A stretch of DNA of 64,000 nucleotides from Candidatus Latescibacterota bacterium (GTDB lineage Bacteria; Latescibacterota; UBA2968; SICM01), in the NCBI GenBank assembly GCA_965217865.1, contig CBDCJO010000002.1, forward strand, positions 1,760,001 through 1,824,000, given 5' to 3'. Shown piece after piece: positions 13,691 to 24,900 of this stretch. Under the pieces are notes generated by a model, which saw only the letters and a list, made by a program, of their open reading frames with translations, was not told the origin of the DNA and made no database searches. Made by a program: the position numbers and the translations under genes. Within the stretch, counting starts at the first letter, position 1. Every line of letters starts with the position of its first letter.

Positions 13691-14332
13691 ATGCCCAACA
13701 GGAAGCACATCGTCCGTCCAAGTTGCGATGAGCGGAAGCACTTGCAGGATCTAGTAAGCAAAGGCCGGACACAGGCCTACCGGATCCGACACGCACACAT
13801 TCTGATGAAGGCCGACGCGGATGGCCCTTGCTGGGGAGACGAAGCCATCGCCCAAGCGTTTTCGTGCCACAGACGCACCGCGGAAGGCATTCGCAAGCGC
13901 TTTGTGGTCCAAGGGCTCGACGCAGCCCTTGAGCGGAAGAAGCGGGAACGACCGCCCATCGAACCGATTCTGGACGGCGAAAAGGAAGCTCGCTTGATCG
14001 CCCTGGCCTGCAGCCAGCCGCCGAAAGGTCGTAGCCGCTGGACGCTGGAGTTGCTCGCTGACAAGCTGGTTGAACTCAACATCGTCGAGAGCATCTCCTA
14101 TCGGACCGTGCAACGGGCGCTCAAAAAATCGAGCCCAAGCCCCATCTGAAAACGTGCTGGGTGATTCCGCCCAGGGAAAACGCCGCATTCGTAGCTTGCA
14201 TGGAGAATCTTCTGGATCTGTATCACCGGCCCTATGATCCGAAAAGGCCGCGTTTGGCCATGGACGAACACCCCGTGCAGTTGATCGGAGAGACTCGCAT
14301 CCCGGTCCCGGAAAAACCGGGGCATCCCCGAC
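13691..14332 (+). mobile_element. IS630-family transposase (OrfA plus start of frameshifted OrfB), truncated by IS insertion
   Basis: HAHILMKAD, LDGEKEARLIALACSQPPKGRSRWTLELLA; slippery CTCAAAAAA near 14120; W(V)IPP..NAAFVACMENLLDLYHRPYDP..MDE. Confidence 0.88.
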
Positions 14333-15813
14333 TGTATCTATTCTGAGATAACAAGAGAAAAGTAGATAAAGGTCCAAGCAAGATTCAGGCAGCCTTGTGG
14401 ATGGTCTGGGATGTTCTTTGCCGATTGATTTCTATGCGGCGCTGCCGAGCCTCCTCCTTTCGACCTTGTCGGTGGTGAAGAATCTTTTGATGCTGGCCTT
14501 TATGCCTCTGAAGAGGCGTGACATACTGTATTGCCCCGTGATAGCGTTCGGCGTTGTAGCTGTGAATGAAGGAATCAATCAGGCCTTCCAGTTGATGGAA
14601 TGTGAAGATGTCCTGGAAGCGCAGCCAGTCGTATTTGAATGTCCGGAAAAAGGCTTCGATCCAGGCGTTGTCCGTGGGTGTTTGATATCGGGCAAACAGC
14701 TGCGAGATGCCCAGGTCCTTGAAGAATTGGGCCATCGATTTGGCCTTCATCTGAGATCCGTGATCCTGCTCCACGGTCGCGTTGAAGGAGAGCTTCCATC
14801 CTACGATCTTCCTGGAATACACGTCGAGAATGGCGGTAAAATACAGGAACAAACCGAAAAATGGGATGTAGGTCAGGTCCCAGCTCCAGACCTGATTAGG
14901 ACCTTCAGGTTTGACCTGGGGCTTGCTCTGCTTGACCGGCGTCCTCACCTGTTTCCTGCGTGCCAGACGTTCTTTCCTGGCCTGTCGGTAGAAGCTGGAG
15001 GCCGAGGCCTGCACTACCCCCTTCTCTGAGGCTACCACCGCCAGCTGATGGGGAGGCAGATCGGCATAGGTCTCATCCCTTAAGAGGGCCGGGATTTGCT
15101 CTTTCTCCTCTCTCAGCAATCCGTGTGGGGCCTCATCAGGGGCGGGCCCGGGCTTCCCATCCAAAAGCGGGTCCGACACCCCATCCAGCTTCTCTTCTCG
15201 ATCTCGCCGGCTCCAGGCACAATACCGCTGGAGGGGAAGCTGTAGGATCTCGCAAGAACGGGTGAGTTTCACCCCTTTCTCCTTGGCCCGATGGACCATT
15301 AAGAGGATCTCGCGTTTGACCTCAGCTTGCACCCGGTGGCCCTTGATCGGGCCTGTCAGATCCCATTCACACTTTTTTTTAGCAGGGAAAGTTCCACAGA
15401 TTGCTCAATGATCGTTTGCTCCAGGCGTGCCCGCTCTTTGCGCAGCTGCTCCACCTCCTCAGCCGATACCATCGGCTTGCGGCTCCGGCGACCCTTGAAC
15501 TCCTTGAGGGCCCCGGACTTGACCGACTCACGAATACGCTTTAGATCCGAGGAATGAATGCCCCATTTCCGCAGCACCTGTGCAATGGGAACATCTCCCC
15601 GGCTGGCTTCAAGGAAAATCTCATACTTCTGTTCCGGGGACAAGCTCCTGCGCTTCTTGACCGGGTCACTGTTTGAGGACAGTTGCTCCATCTTTACTCC
15701 TCCTGTGAGGTCAGGGATATCCCAAAATATGTATCCCTTCTCAACCCTACAGGCAACCAGGATCTTGCTTCGACCTTGCCCCCGTTTTTTCGGGCGATCT
15801 CAGACAAAAGATA
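14333..15813 (-). mobile_element. IS3-like element copy 1 (OrfA 15356-15691, OrfB 14385-15332)
   Basis: HTH/coiled-coil OrfA; OrfB with PNQVWSWDLTY, DHGSQM, DNAWIEAFFRTFK; ends TGTATCTATTCTGAGAT and TATCTTTTGTCTGAGAT; second copy at 23464-24900. Confidence 0.9.
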
Positions 15814-17596
15814 AATCTACCAGTAACCTATCCTTCGTGAGAACAATGATCTGCCATCCAGTTGATTCGCGAAAATTCATTAACATCATGACCGCACGCG
15901 CTAATCGCCTCTCGTCAAACCCTTGAAATGGCTCGTCAAGAACTAGAACGCTCTCTTCCTCCACTCCCCGTTGCGCCATAGTTAGCCTCGCAGCAAGCAT
16001 GAACGCATCCCTTGTACCGCCTGACACACTTTCCAGTGGCCTTTCCTTACCGCCTGCGTCCGTCAGGGTAATCGCGCTTTTATCCAAGCTTGACAGACGG
16101 GCGTGACGGTTAGAACCGACAACCATCTGATACCTATCTGCTATTTCTTTACTCAGTTCTTCGAGAATCACATCTGTTTCTTCAAAAATGCCAGCGAATA
16201 TCTCCCCAGCCAGTCCTGCAGCCTCTCGTTCTAAAAGATTTGCTCCAATTGATGACTTCAGCCGCTGAATGGTTCGATCCAACCGAGTGATATTCTCAGG
16301 AATTCCTCCTAAGGATCCCTGCACTTCCCCCTCCAACCTGTTGAGCTCCAACTGTTTTTTTCTTAGAGCCTCCTTCTTCTCTTCGACGCTCCGGGTGGCC
16401 TGATCATGTTGCTGTCTAAAAATGTTAACTTCGAGCTCAGTACCTCCCGTTCGAGACACTCCATCTTCATCCAATGCACGCAGTTTCCTCTCGCATTCTC
16501 TCAGGAGCTCCTCAGTGGATTCGCACTCGTGCTCCGTCAATCGTGGCCCAAGCTGCCGATTGATTTGGGTCAATTCCCGTTCCAAGGCCTCACGCCTACT
16601 GGCCTTGCGAACAAAATCGTCCCGATCAACCAGGTCTCTTTCGGTGAACCAAACACGCAGCTCAGTCTCTGCGTCATTCAGATCAAGACTCATTTCCTCG
16701 ATGTTCTGCCGATGATTCAATCTTTCTGAAGTAAGTGATTGGATTCTATCTTTTTGCTGCTCTACCTGGCGCTGAAGAGCTTCTTTATCCCCGATAACCG
16801 TGGCCAACTCTTCCTCGATCGCATCTAAAGAATCGCGGTGAATTTGCTCCCTAGTTTCTTCACTCCAAGTGTCGCGCAGCTGATGAAGGAAAGATTCTTC
16901 CTGTTTGCCATCTATTGACATGGTCTTGTCTTTTGCTAAGATGATCCATAAAACGGACCACGCAGCGCCAATCACCAAAACGAAAGCAATGGCATCTTGT
17001 ATAATCAACCCTAGACCAATCGAGACCAATAAGCCTATTCCCCCAACCGTCAGCCTGCTTCCGCGCCAGACCACATTGCTCGAACGGGGTGGATTGGTAC
17101 GGAACGCCGAAATCCTTTCCCGCAACACCCGGGCAGTTTCAGCACGCAAGAGTGCTTGTTCCATTCGTGCATCAAAATCATCCATGGACTCTCTGGCCTC
17201 ACCGAGATACTGCTCTGCCCGTAGTTCTGCATCCTCCTCGCTTCGAAGATCTGCACGAATTCTCTCTACTCTATTTTCCAAGGCATCCAAGTCTTCAATT
17301 TCTTTACCATGGGTAGGTCGAAGGTTTTCCGCGTGCAGATTTTCAAAGGCATCCGTCTCAATGACCCAAGCGTCCCCATCGAATTCCGCATACACATGCC
17401 TGTCCTTGCCATATCGGGCGAGTAGCCGCTTACCCTGTCGCGAATTTCCCAAGGGCTTGCACAGTGCATCCATTAATGCGTCGTGGAGGGTAGTTTTTCC
17501 AGCTTCGTTTTCACCCCAGAAAAGGGACACCGGGCCCATTTCGAAGCTGTTATCAGAGAACTTGCCAAAGTTTCTTAGAACGAGAAGACGTATCAT
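15814..17596 (-). pseudogene. YhaN/SbcC-like SMC-type ATPase, C-terminus cut by IS, probable internal deletion
   Basis: Walker A GENEAGKTT; coiled coil; signature SVSGGTRD; Walker B VLVLDEPF; ATG overlaps the stop of the upstream gene (ATGA). Confidence 0.85.
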
Positions 17597-18195
17597 CTTC
17601 GGGCCTCGACTGCCTGTCGAATCTGTTCCAATCCTAGCTCTCTGGCCTTGAGCCAAACACTTCGATTTTGAGGTTCCGAAGCGGGCGGTTCTTTTGCCCC
17701 CCAATTACGTAGAAAGGACCGAACCAGAGGCTGATCCAGAATGCCCGATACGCATTGGATCGTATCCAGGTTCAAGTCAAACTTTCGCACCTTCGGCCCC
17801 CACTCAGATTCAAGTTGATATCGGAGATCTTCGATTGCGGCTTCATTTTCTACCAATCCCTTTAATGTAAATTCGATCCAGTCCGAAGACTGCCAGGCTG
17901 ACGAAAGGGATTCCACTCTTTCTATGTTTCCATCAACGGAGACCGGGATTTCATATTGACGATATTGCCCTGCCGCGTGGATCTCCTCAAACCGAACTTC
18001 CATGGAATCCGCAACTGTAACAATGTTCACACCGCGTGGCCCACTCTCACCTTTCCGCCATACGCGAGCTGAGCCGGGATAGGACAGCGTGGTTTCACCG
18101 ATTCGCTCCAAATGACGGGAATGGATGTGCCCGAGAGCCGCATAGTCAACCTCGTGCCGCACAAAGAGATCTGGATCAATCACCCCTGGTGACTC
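17593..18195 (-). pseudogene. YhaO/SbcD-like metallophosphoesterase, C-terminal half
   Basis: DYAALGHIH and YPGS motifs; N-terminal DxH and GNHD motifs absent. Confidence 0.82.
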
Positions 18196-18326
18196 ATCAA
18201 CTCCTGTTCCACCTTCCTTCGGAAAACGGACTGATGGCATCGGTCACACTTGATCCAGAGATTTTCCGGAATTCCCCTGCTGACCAGGGACTTCAACCCG
18301 GTTTTTACCTTTTTGAGTAAGTTCAT
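18180..18326 (-). pseudogene. accD: Acetyl-CoA carboxylase carboxyltransferase beta subunit, 5' fragment
   Basis: Hand translation MNLLKKVKTGLKSLVSRGIPENLWIKCDRCHQSVFRRKVEQEL fits the AccD N-terminal Zn-finger pattern IPxxLWxKCxxC. Confidence 0.7.
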
Positions 18327-18359
18327 GGTTTCAGTGTTGAAATAACGCTAACCAAAACA

Positions 18360-18433
18360 TGTCATCCTGAGTCCCCTTCGACTACACTTCGTTCCGCTCA
18401 GGGCCGGGGCTTCGACTCCACTTCATTCCGCTC
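18360..18433. repeat. REP-like palindromic element
   Basis: TGTCATCCTGAG...CTTCGACT...CCGCTCAGG; same family as 35054 and 35904. Confidence 0.7.
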
Positions 18434-18442
18434 GTCAAACAA

Positions 18443-18751
18443 CCGATTTCGGATCATAAAGGTTGGACACAGCAGGAATTGGCTGATCGGGCAAGCTTAG
18501 ACTGGAAGTATCTTGGAGCTGTCGAACGAGGAGAACGAAATCCAACTCTAGACAACATCGCAAAGATTGCTGCTGGTTTTAAAATGGAATTACATCAACT
18601 GTTTTTATTTTCAACTGCTGCTGAGCTAGATTCGGAAGAATCTCTAACGAAAGCAAAAATCCTGGATCTCCTGGAGCATAGTGATATTGGAAGGAAAAAA
18701 TTGATGTGGAAGCTGTTGCGGGATGTAGCTACTTGGGAACCGGATGGATAA
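18443..18751 (+). CDS. XRE-family HTH regulator (start uncertain, possibly 5'-truncated)
   Basis: GWTQQELADRASLDWKYLGAVERGERNPTLDNIAKIA. Confidence 0.85.
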   Translation, partial: PISDHKGWTQQELADRASLDWKYLGAVERGERNPTLDNIAKIAAGFKMELHQLFLFSTAAELDSEESLTKAKILDLLEHSDIGRKKLMWKLLRDVATWEPDG

Positions 18752-19057
18752 TCTCAAACGTTCTAGATTTCCCTGTGCCTGTGCGGGATCAGGAATTTCA
18801 AAGTTTAACTTCAGATTGTATCTGAAGTCTTAAGAATCAGGAGAGGAAGCGGCGGGACTTACTGGCTGGAATTTGGTGGGTTTTATTGTAAGGTCAAAGG
18901 ACTTAAGGAGTTGATCCAGACGGTGTGAGTTGGACCGACGTTCTATGTGGCTACAATGAAGAAACCGGTAGGTATATTGAGGGCTATGGCTACATAAATT
19001 CATGCACGTGTTAAATGTAGTACAGGTTTAGTATTTACATTATCTTACGGCGCAAAG

Positions 19058-20296
19058 TCATTGACTCTGCGGTTTGAAGAAAAGAAACTGCCCTTCCTTC
19101 GGTAGTCCGATCGTATACAGAAACCTCGAGTACGCAAGAAGATAAGGGGTCATAGCTGGGAGACGTTGTGCGATTTCGTCAAGGCGATGAGCATGGCCAT
19201 CAAGCCTTTCCCAGTGCTTCACGTCATCATTCCAAGAGATGCCGAGGAAGATTCGATCAATCAAGGGGGCTTTAAACGGGCTCGCACGTTCCAGTTGGTT
19301 TGTCCGTGGCGCGCCGGCGGCCTTGTTGGCAATGTCTTGCCAAAGATCCCAAAAGCAATCATCCGTGCCGCCGACTGCGGCCATAATGAGTTCGTGAAGG
19401 AAGTCCGCAGCGCCTCGCGGGTTACCAACAACCGCATCGACTAGCGGGGCGCTGATTCGTCGAGCCTCTTCGATGGAGAGATTAAGGACGAAGCGCGCAA
19501 TGGCGCGCAGCACCTCTTGCTCAAGCTTGTAGTTTCGCGTCTTGTTACCGGTAGAGCTTTGCCGGGTGCGGTTCCAGACCTCAGCTTGCCAACACGCGAT
19601 TCGTGAACAGAAATGGCGGGATTCCTCCCACTTCGGGTGGTGACACAACATCTTGAGGATTATCGATGTGGCTACGCCACTCGTCCGGCTGTCGAAGTCG
19701 AATGACGCAAGTTCAACCGAGGCTTCGATGCCTCCATCCTCAATTGCTTGCCGCACCGCAGGCGTTGCCCGGTCAAACAGTTCTCTGATGGGCGTCCTTT
19801 TAAGATATGGCAACTTCGCCTCTTCGTCCCGAAATGCCGCGATCAACCTCGCTCGATACGCTGCCGCTGCCGCGCACCGAAGGATGAGTTCCCTGTGCTC
19901 GTCTCCGAGGAATGCACCCACTCCGGTGTTGGCATAGTCCGCCACCTCATCGACCGGGTGTGTGAGTACCCGCGAAAGAAGATCTAATGCATCGAGAGCC
20001 TTCGCACTTCGGTCATGGACTGCGAGCAGGCAAACGACACTGGCACCTGCTCGATCTGGTTTGAGCCCATCTTTAGCATGACGGACGATGTCGTCGGGAC
20101 AATCGGAGTTGCGGCGAACCTCGAATTCAATCCGCCGCGCGCACCACTGGAAGTCGCTCTCATCGAGTTCGTCCAGATGGTCGCGAATGCAAACTGCCGC
20201 GACTAAACCTGGACCACCGCGCCAGATCTCATCCGGCTCGTCTAGCTCTTGCTCGACGGCCCGCGCCTCGGCCAGGAGCATTTTTCTCCAATCCAC
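19058..20296 (-). pseudogene. C-terminal fragment of a large helical protein, possibly an Avs4-like STAND anti-phage ATPase
   Basis: 412-aa helical ORF whose frame continues upstream without a clear start; FWDLWQ...IFLGISW..VKHWERL...YSRFLYTIG recalls Avs4-type C-termini (from memory). Confidence 0.45.
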
Positions 20297-20460
20297 GGCA
20301 GCGTTGGAGTTCCTGTCTTTCCAGGCACTGCTTGCCCCTGCTGAAATTAACGACGAACGATCGACTTTGACGTTTCCGTCCGATACCCGTCGGAACGAAA
20401 CAGAAAAAGACGGAAACCTCGCTATAGGTTTGTCGATCCACTTGTCATGAATGGACTTCC

Positions 20461-20808
20461 TCAGCTACCGATGAGCCGAGTCAGCATGTGTCGGACGTGA
20501 TCCTGTCGACCGAAAAACACGGCCAGGATACGTATGCTTTTCTTTTCTTCATTAACGTCAAACCAGTAGATCGCACGATTGATCGTCAGATGCCGCAGGC
20601 CCGGCAGAATATCGTCGTGACGTTCGCCTCGGTGCGGAGCAGTTAAAATGCGATCAGCGGTCGCACGAATTTCCAGAACGCGTGCTTCGGCATGTTCGAC
20701 CGCACTCTCCACATTTTCGCCAAAGCTGATGTAGCTTTCGAGAAGATGGTCGAAAATCAGCCCGAAATCGCGTACGGCCTCCGCCGAAAACTCAAGACGA
20801 AATGCCAT
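20461..20808 (-). CDS. parE: RelE/ParE-family toxin
   Basis: FRLEFSAEAVRDF, PHRGERHDDILPGLRH, IRILAVFFGRQD. Confidence 0.88.
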   Translation of the reverse strand: MAFRLEFSAEAVRDFGLIFDHLLESYISFGENVESAVEHAEARVLEIRATADRILTAPHRGERHDDILPGLRHLTINRAIYWFDVNEEKKSIRILAVFFGRQDHVRHMLTRLIGS

Positions 20809-21067
20809 GGGCACGGCGCTTGACGGCGATCATCTTGCTCAGCCGATCATCCATTTCTTCCGCTTCGACAAACTCGCCTGCCCGGCGCCGGGACAGGACT
20901 TCGTAAAGCGCCTGGCGCTCCAGGTCTTCGACATCCAAACGCTGTCGCAGTAGATTAATGCCCTGCTGAATAACCGCGCTGACACTGGCATAACGCCCAG
21001 TATCGACCAGCGCTTTGGCAAAGGCGTGGTGCTCATCTGTAAGAGAAACCGAGGATTTGACGGTCAA
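20792..21067 (-). CDS. parD: ParD-like RHH antitoxin (TTG start)
   Basis: TVKSSVSLTDEHHAFAKALVDTGRYASVSAVIQQGI; overlaps the toxin start. Confidence 0.88.
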   Translation of the reverse strand: MTVKSSVSLTDEHHAFAKALVDTGRYASVSAVIQQGINLLRQRLDVEDLERQALYEVLSRRRAGEFVEAEEMDDRLSKMIAVKRRAHGISS

Positions 21068-21547
21068 GAGGCACTCTCCTGGCAACCGGGTAGCACTCGG
21101 TAGTACTGACGTCAAGCCGCCCCAATGGCTGCCACGGCGGCGCCCACCAGAATCTTCGTCGAGGGCTTCCTCATCGGCCAGTCCCAATGGTCGGTGTCTC
21201 TCGAAGTCTTGGGGTCACGAGCGGAGCGCGGCGTCCTGGCCGGGTTCGGCACTGAGGTACGCAGCACACCCGCATGGGCTGATTACGAAGCTCCCGGTGG
21301 GGCCGAGGTTGCTGCGATCCGGAACGACACACTGCACGAGGCGCTGTTCATGGACGCCCCGCTTGGCTTTGCGGTGCACAAAGAAGGCGGCAACCAGAAC
21401 CTTACGCTTGAGATGAGTGCGCTTGTCTGCCGATTGTTGGTGGCGTTGATCGGCGGACACGACGCGGCCTACGTACGATCTCCTGTGAATACTCGAGCGA
21501 TACACGGCCTCGATCTGAGTGCTTCCAAAGAAGGGAATTTCCGCTAG

Positions 21548-23073
21548 CAGCCTGTTGAAAAAGTGCGTTTATGCCAAGATGACTGTTGTCTTTCCTTGTG
21601 GTTTGGTCCTATGATATATCAGGTTCAAACTGAGAAGGGAGGACGAGCAAATGGCAATGGGAAAACGAGGACGACAGAGACAGGAAAACCTGTTCATCGC
21701 ATCGAACACTTTGGTGAAATCTCCGGGTCATCCGTTCTACGAGAAGCTGAATCAGGTATTGGGGGCGAACGGCTTCGACGAGTTCGTCGAGGGGCTTTGC
21801 CAGCGGTATTACGCTCCTCATATGGGTCGCAAGGGCATTCCGCCCGGGGTTTATTTTCGGATGCTTTTGATTGGGTATTTCGAGGGACTTGATTCGGAAC
21901 GTGGGATCGAATGGCGTGTATCTGACTCGCTGACGTTGCGCCGGTTTTTGGGGTATGCCCTTGACGAACAGACCCCGGATCATTCCAGCCTGTCTCGCAT
22001 CCGGCATCGGCTTCCCTTGGAAGTTCACGAAGCGGTTTTCAAGTGGATCCTGAGGGTCTTGTGCAAAGCGGGTCTGGTGAAGGGGAAGACGTTGGGCGTG
22101 GATGCTACGACACTGGAGGCCAACGCCGCGATGCGCAGCATTGTACGCCGTGACACGGGTGAAGGCTACCAGGCATTCCTTGAGAATCTGGCCAAGGCCT
22201 CGGGCATTGAAACGCCTACCCGCGAGGACTTGTCCAAGATCGATAAGAAGCGACCGAAGAAGGGATCGAACCAGGACTGGGAGCACCCGCACGACCCGGA
22301 TGCCAAGATCGCTAAGATGAAGGACGGTCGCACGCACATGGCGCACAAGGTGGAGCACGCGGTGGATCTGGACACCAATGCCATTGTGGCAGTGGCGTTG
22401 TCGGGAGCAGATGAAGGAGATACCGAGTCGTTGCCCTGGACGCTGCTCGAGGCGCCGCTCAATCTCAAGCAGGTCGCGAAGGACGAAAAAGCTGCCAAAC
22501 GTTTGCACAGACAGCGTATACGGGAGGTGGTTGCGGACAAAGGATATCATAGCAACGATGTATTGACCAGTCTGAAGCAAGGCGGCATCCGGAGTTACAT
22601 TTCAGAACCGGATCGGGGACGCCGCAAGTGGAACGGCCGACGAGATGAGCAGGCCGCGGTATATGCGAATCGACGCCGGATCAAGGGAGATCGCGGCAAG
22701 GCCTTGCGCCGAAGTCGTGCAGAACGGGTGGAAAGAACCATCGCTCACACATATGATACCGGTGGCATGCGCAGGTTGCACTTGAGAGACCGCGGCAATA
22801 TCCTCAAGCGTTTGCTGATCCACATCGGGGGCTGCAACCTGGCTCTGCTCATGCGCAAAGTGATGGGCGTAGGTACTCCGAAGGCCCTCCAGGACCTGGC
22901 CAAGGCCTTGCAGCGTCTACTGCTCGTCCTACAATCACGTTTGCTGCCCTCGGTCACCTTTTTAACCTCTTATCAGCGTCTCCTGCTCAATCTCCTTACC
23001 TTGATTTATCTGACCCGCACTCCAGGCGTCTTTTCCGTTTATGTGCGTTGAAAGGTAGTTCTTCAACGGGCTG
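21548..23073 (+). mobile_element. IS5/IS1182-like element, transposase 21651-23051
   Basis: IRs CAGCCTGTTGAA / CAGCCCGTTGAA flanked by duplicated CTAG (21544-47 and 23074-77); PDHSSLSRIR, GVDATTLEANA, VVADKGY. Confidence 0.92.
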
Positions 23074-23241
23074 CTAGCCGTATTCCGGAGGCTCGAACAT
23101 TACGCAACTGTGGAGAAACAGAGACGGGATAAGCGCAAATGTGTCCCCAAACCAATCGCCCTCGCGACGAAGGCAAGTCATTGGGCCGAACGGAATATTC
23201 TCAGGGAATCGAGCTGCCGGCCCAGCGCGCGGTGAGGCAGG

Positions 23242-23463
23242 TCAGTCCTGACGACGCGAGCTAGCCTCAAGTCGCTCAAACAAACGACCTATGGCCTGCT
23301 CGGCTAGGACGTCGGAACTCAGTAGCGTGCCATTCGACTTCCAGCACCAGCCAAGTGCTTGAGACCGCTCGGGCTTGTAACGCACCTCGCTGATCACAGG
23401 AGGGTCCACAAGGTAGCGGCGATTCTCACCTGGGAGAATGATGTTGCCCTCCATCTGCTTGAC
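23242..23463 (-). pseudogene. C-terminal fragment of an unknown protein cut by IS
   Basis: 70-aa ORF abutting the IS end. Confidence 0.3.
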
Positions 23464-24900
23464 TATCTTTTGTCTGAGATCGCCCGAAAAAACGGGGGCA
23501 AGGTCGAAGCAAGATCCTGGTTGCCTGTAGGGTTGAGAAGGGATACATATTTTGGGATATCCCTGACCTCACAGGAGGAGTAAAGATGGAGCAACTGTCC
23601 TCAAACAGTGACCCGGTCAAGAAGCGCAGGAGCTTGTCCCCGGAACAGAAGTATGAGATTTTCCTTGAAGCCAGCCGGGGAGATGTTCCCATTGCACAGG
23701 TGCTGCGGAAATGGGGCATTCATTCCTCGGATCTAAAGCGTATTCGTGAGTCGGTCAAGTCCGGGGCCCTCAAGGAGTTCAAGGGTCGCCGGAGCCGCAA
23801 GCCGATGGTATCGGCTGAGGAGGTGGAGCAGCTGCGCAAAGAGCGGGCACGCCTGGAGCAAACGATCATTGAGCAATCTGTGGAACTTTCCCTGCTAAAA
23901 AAAAGTGTGAATGGGATCTGACAGGCCCGATCAAGGGCCACCGGGTGCAAGCTGAGGTCAAACGCGAGATCCTCTTAATGGTCCATCGGGCCAAGGAGAA
24001 AGGGGTGAAACTCACCCGTTCTTGCGAGATCCTACAGCTTCCCCTCCAGCGGTATTGTGCCTGGAGCCGGCGAGATCGAGAAGAGAAGCTGGATGGGGTG
24101 TCGGACCCGCTTTTGGATGGGAAGCCCGGGCCCGCCCCTGATGAGGCCCCACACGGATGAGACCTATGCCGATCTGCCTCCCCATCAGCTGGCGGTGGTA
24201 GCCTCAGAGAAGGGGGTAGTGCAGGCCTCGGCCTCCAGCTTCTACCGACAGGCCAGGAAAGAACGTCTGGCACGCAGGAAACAGGTGAGGACGCCGGTCA
24301 AGCAGAGCAAGCCCCAGGTCAAACCTGAAGGTCCTAATCAGGTCTGGAGCTGGGACCTGACCTACATCCCATTTTTCGGTTTGTTCCTGTATTTTACCGC
24401 CATTCTCGACGTGTATTCCAGGAAGATCGTAGGATGAAAGCTCTCCTTCAACGCGACCGTGGAGCAGGATCACGGATCTCAGATGAAGGCCAAATCGATG
24501 GCCCAATTCTTCAAGGACCTGGGCATCTCGCAGCTGTTTGCCCGATATCAAACACCCACGGACAACGCCTGGATCGAAGCCTTTTTCCGGACATTCAAAT
24601 ACGACTGGCTGCGCTTCCAGGACATCTTCACATTCCATCAACTGGAAGGCCTGATTGATTCCTTCATTCACAGCTACAACGCCGAACGCTATCACGGGGC
24701 AATACAGTATGTCACGCCTCTTCAGAGGCATAAAGGCCAGCATCAAAAGATTCTTCACCACCGACAAGGTCGAAAGGAGGAGGCTCGGCAGCGCCGCATA
24801 GAAATCAATCGGCAAAGAACATCCCAGACCATCCACAAGGCTGCCTGAATCTTGCTTGGACCTTTATCTACTTTTCTCTTGTTATCTCAGAATAGATACA
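23464..24900 (+). mobile_element. IS3-like element copy 2, inverted relative to copy 1, OrfB inactivated
   Basis: Matches 14333-15813 except a 44-bp deletion between GGAT repeats (~24157) and TGG>TGA at ~24435. Confidence 0.92.

Noticed and set aside
15814-18240. Wadjet or Lamassu-type SMC defence system
   Set aside because: The partner is an SbcD-like phosphoesterase as in YhaO/YhaN; no kleisin or effector genes, and both genes are truncated
21125-21547. 140-aa ORF next to parD
   Set aside because: No recognisable motif or RBS, overlaps the parD upstream region, and competing frames are equally plausible
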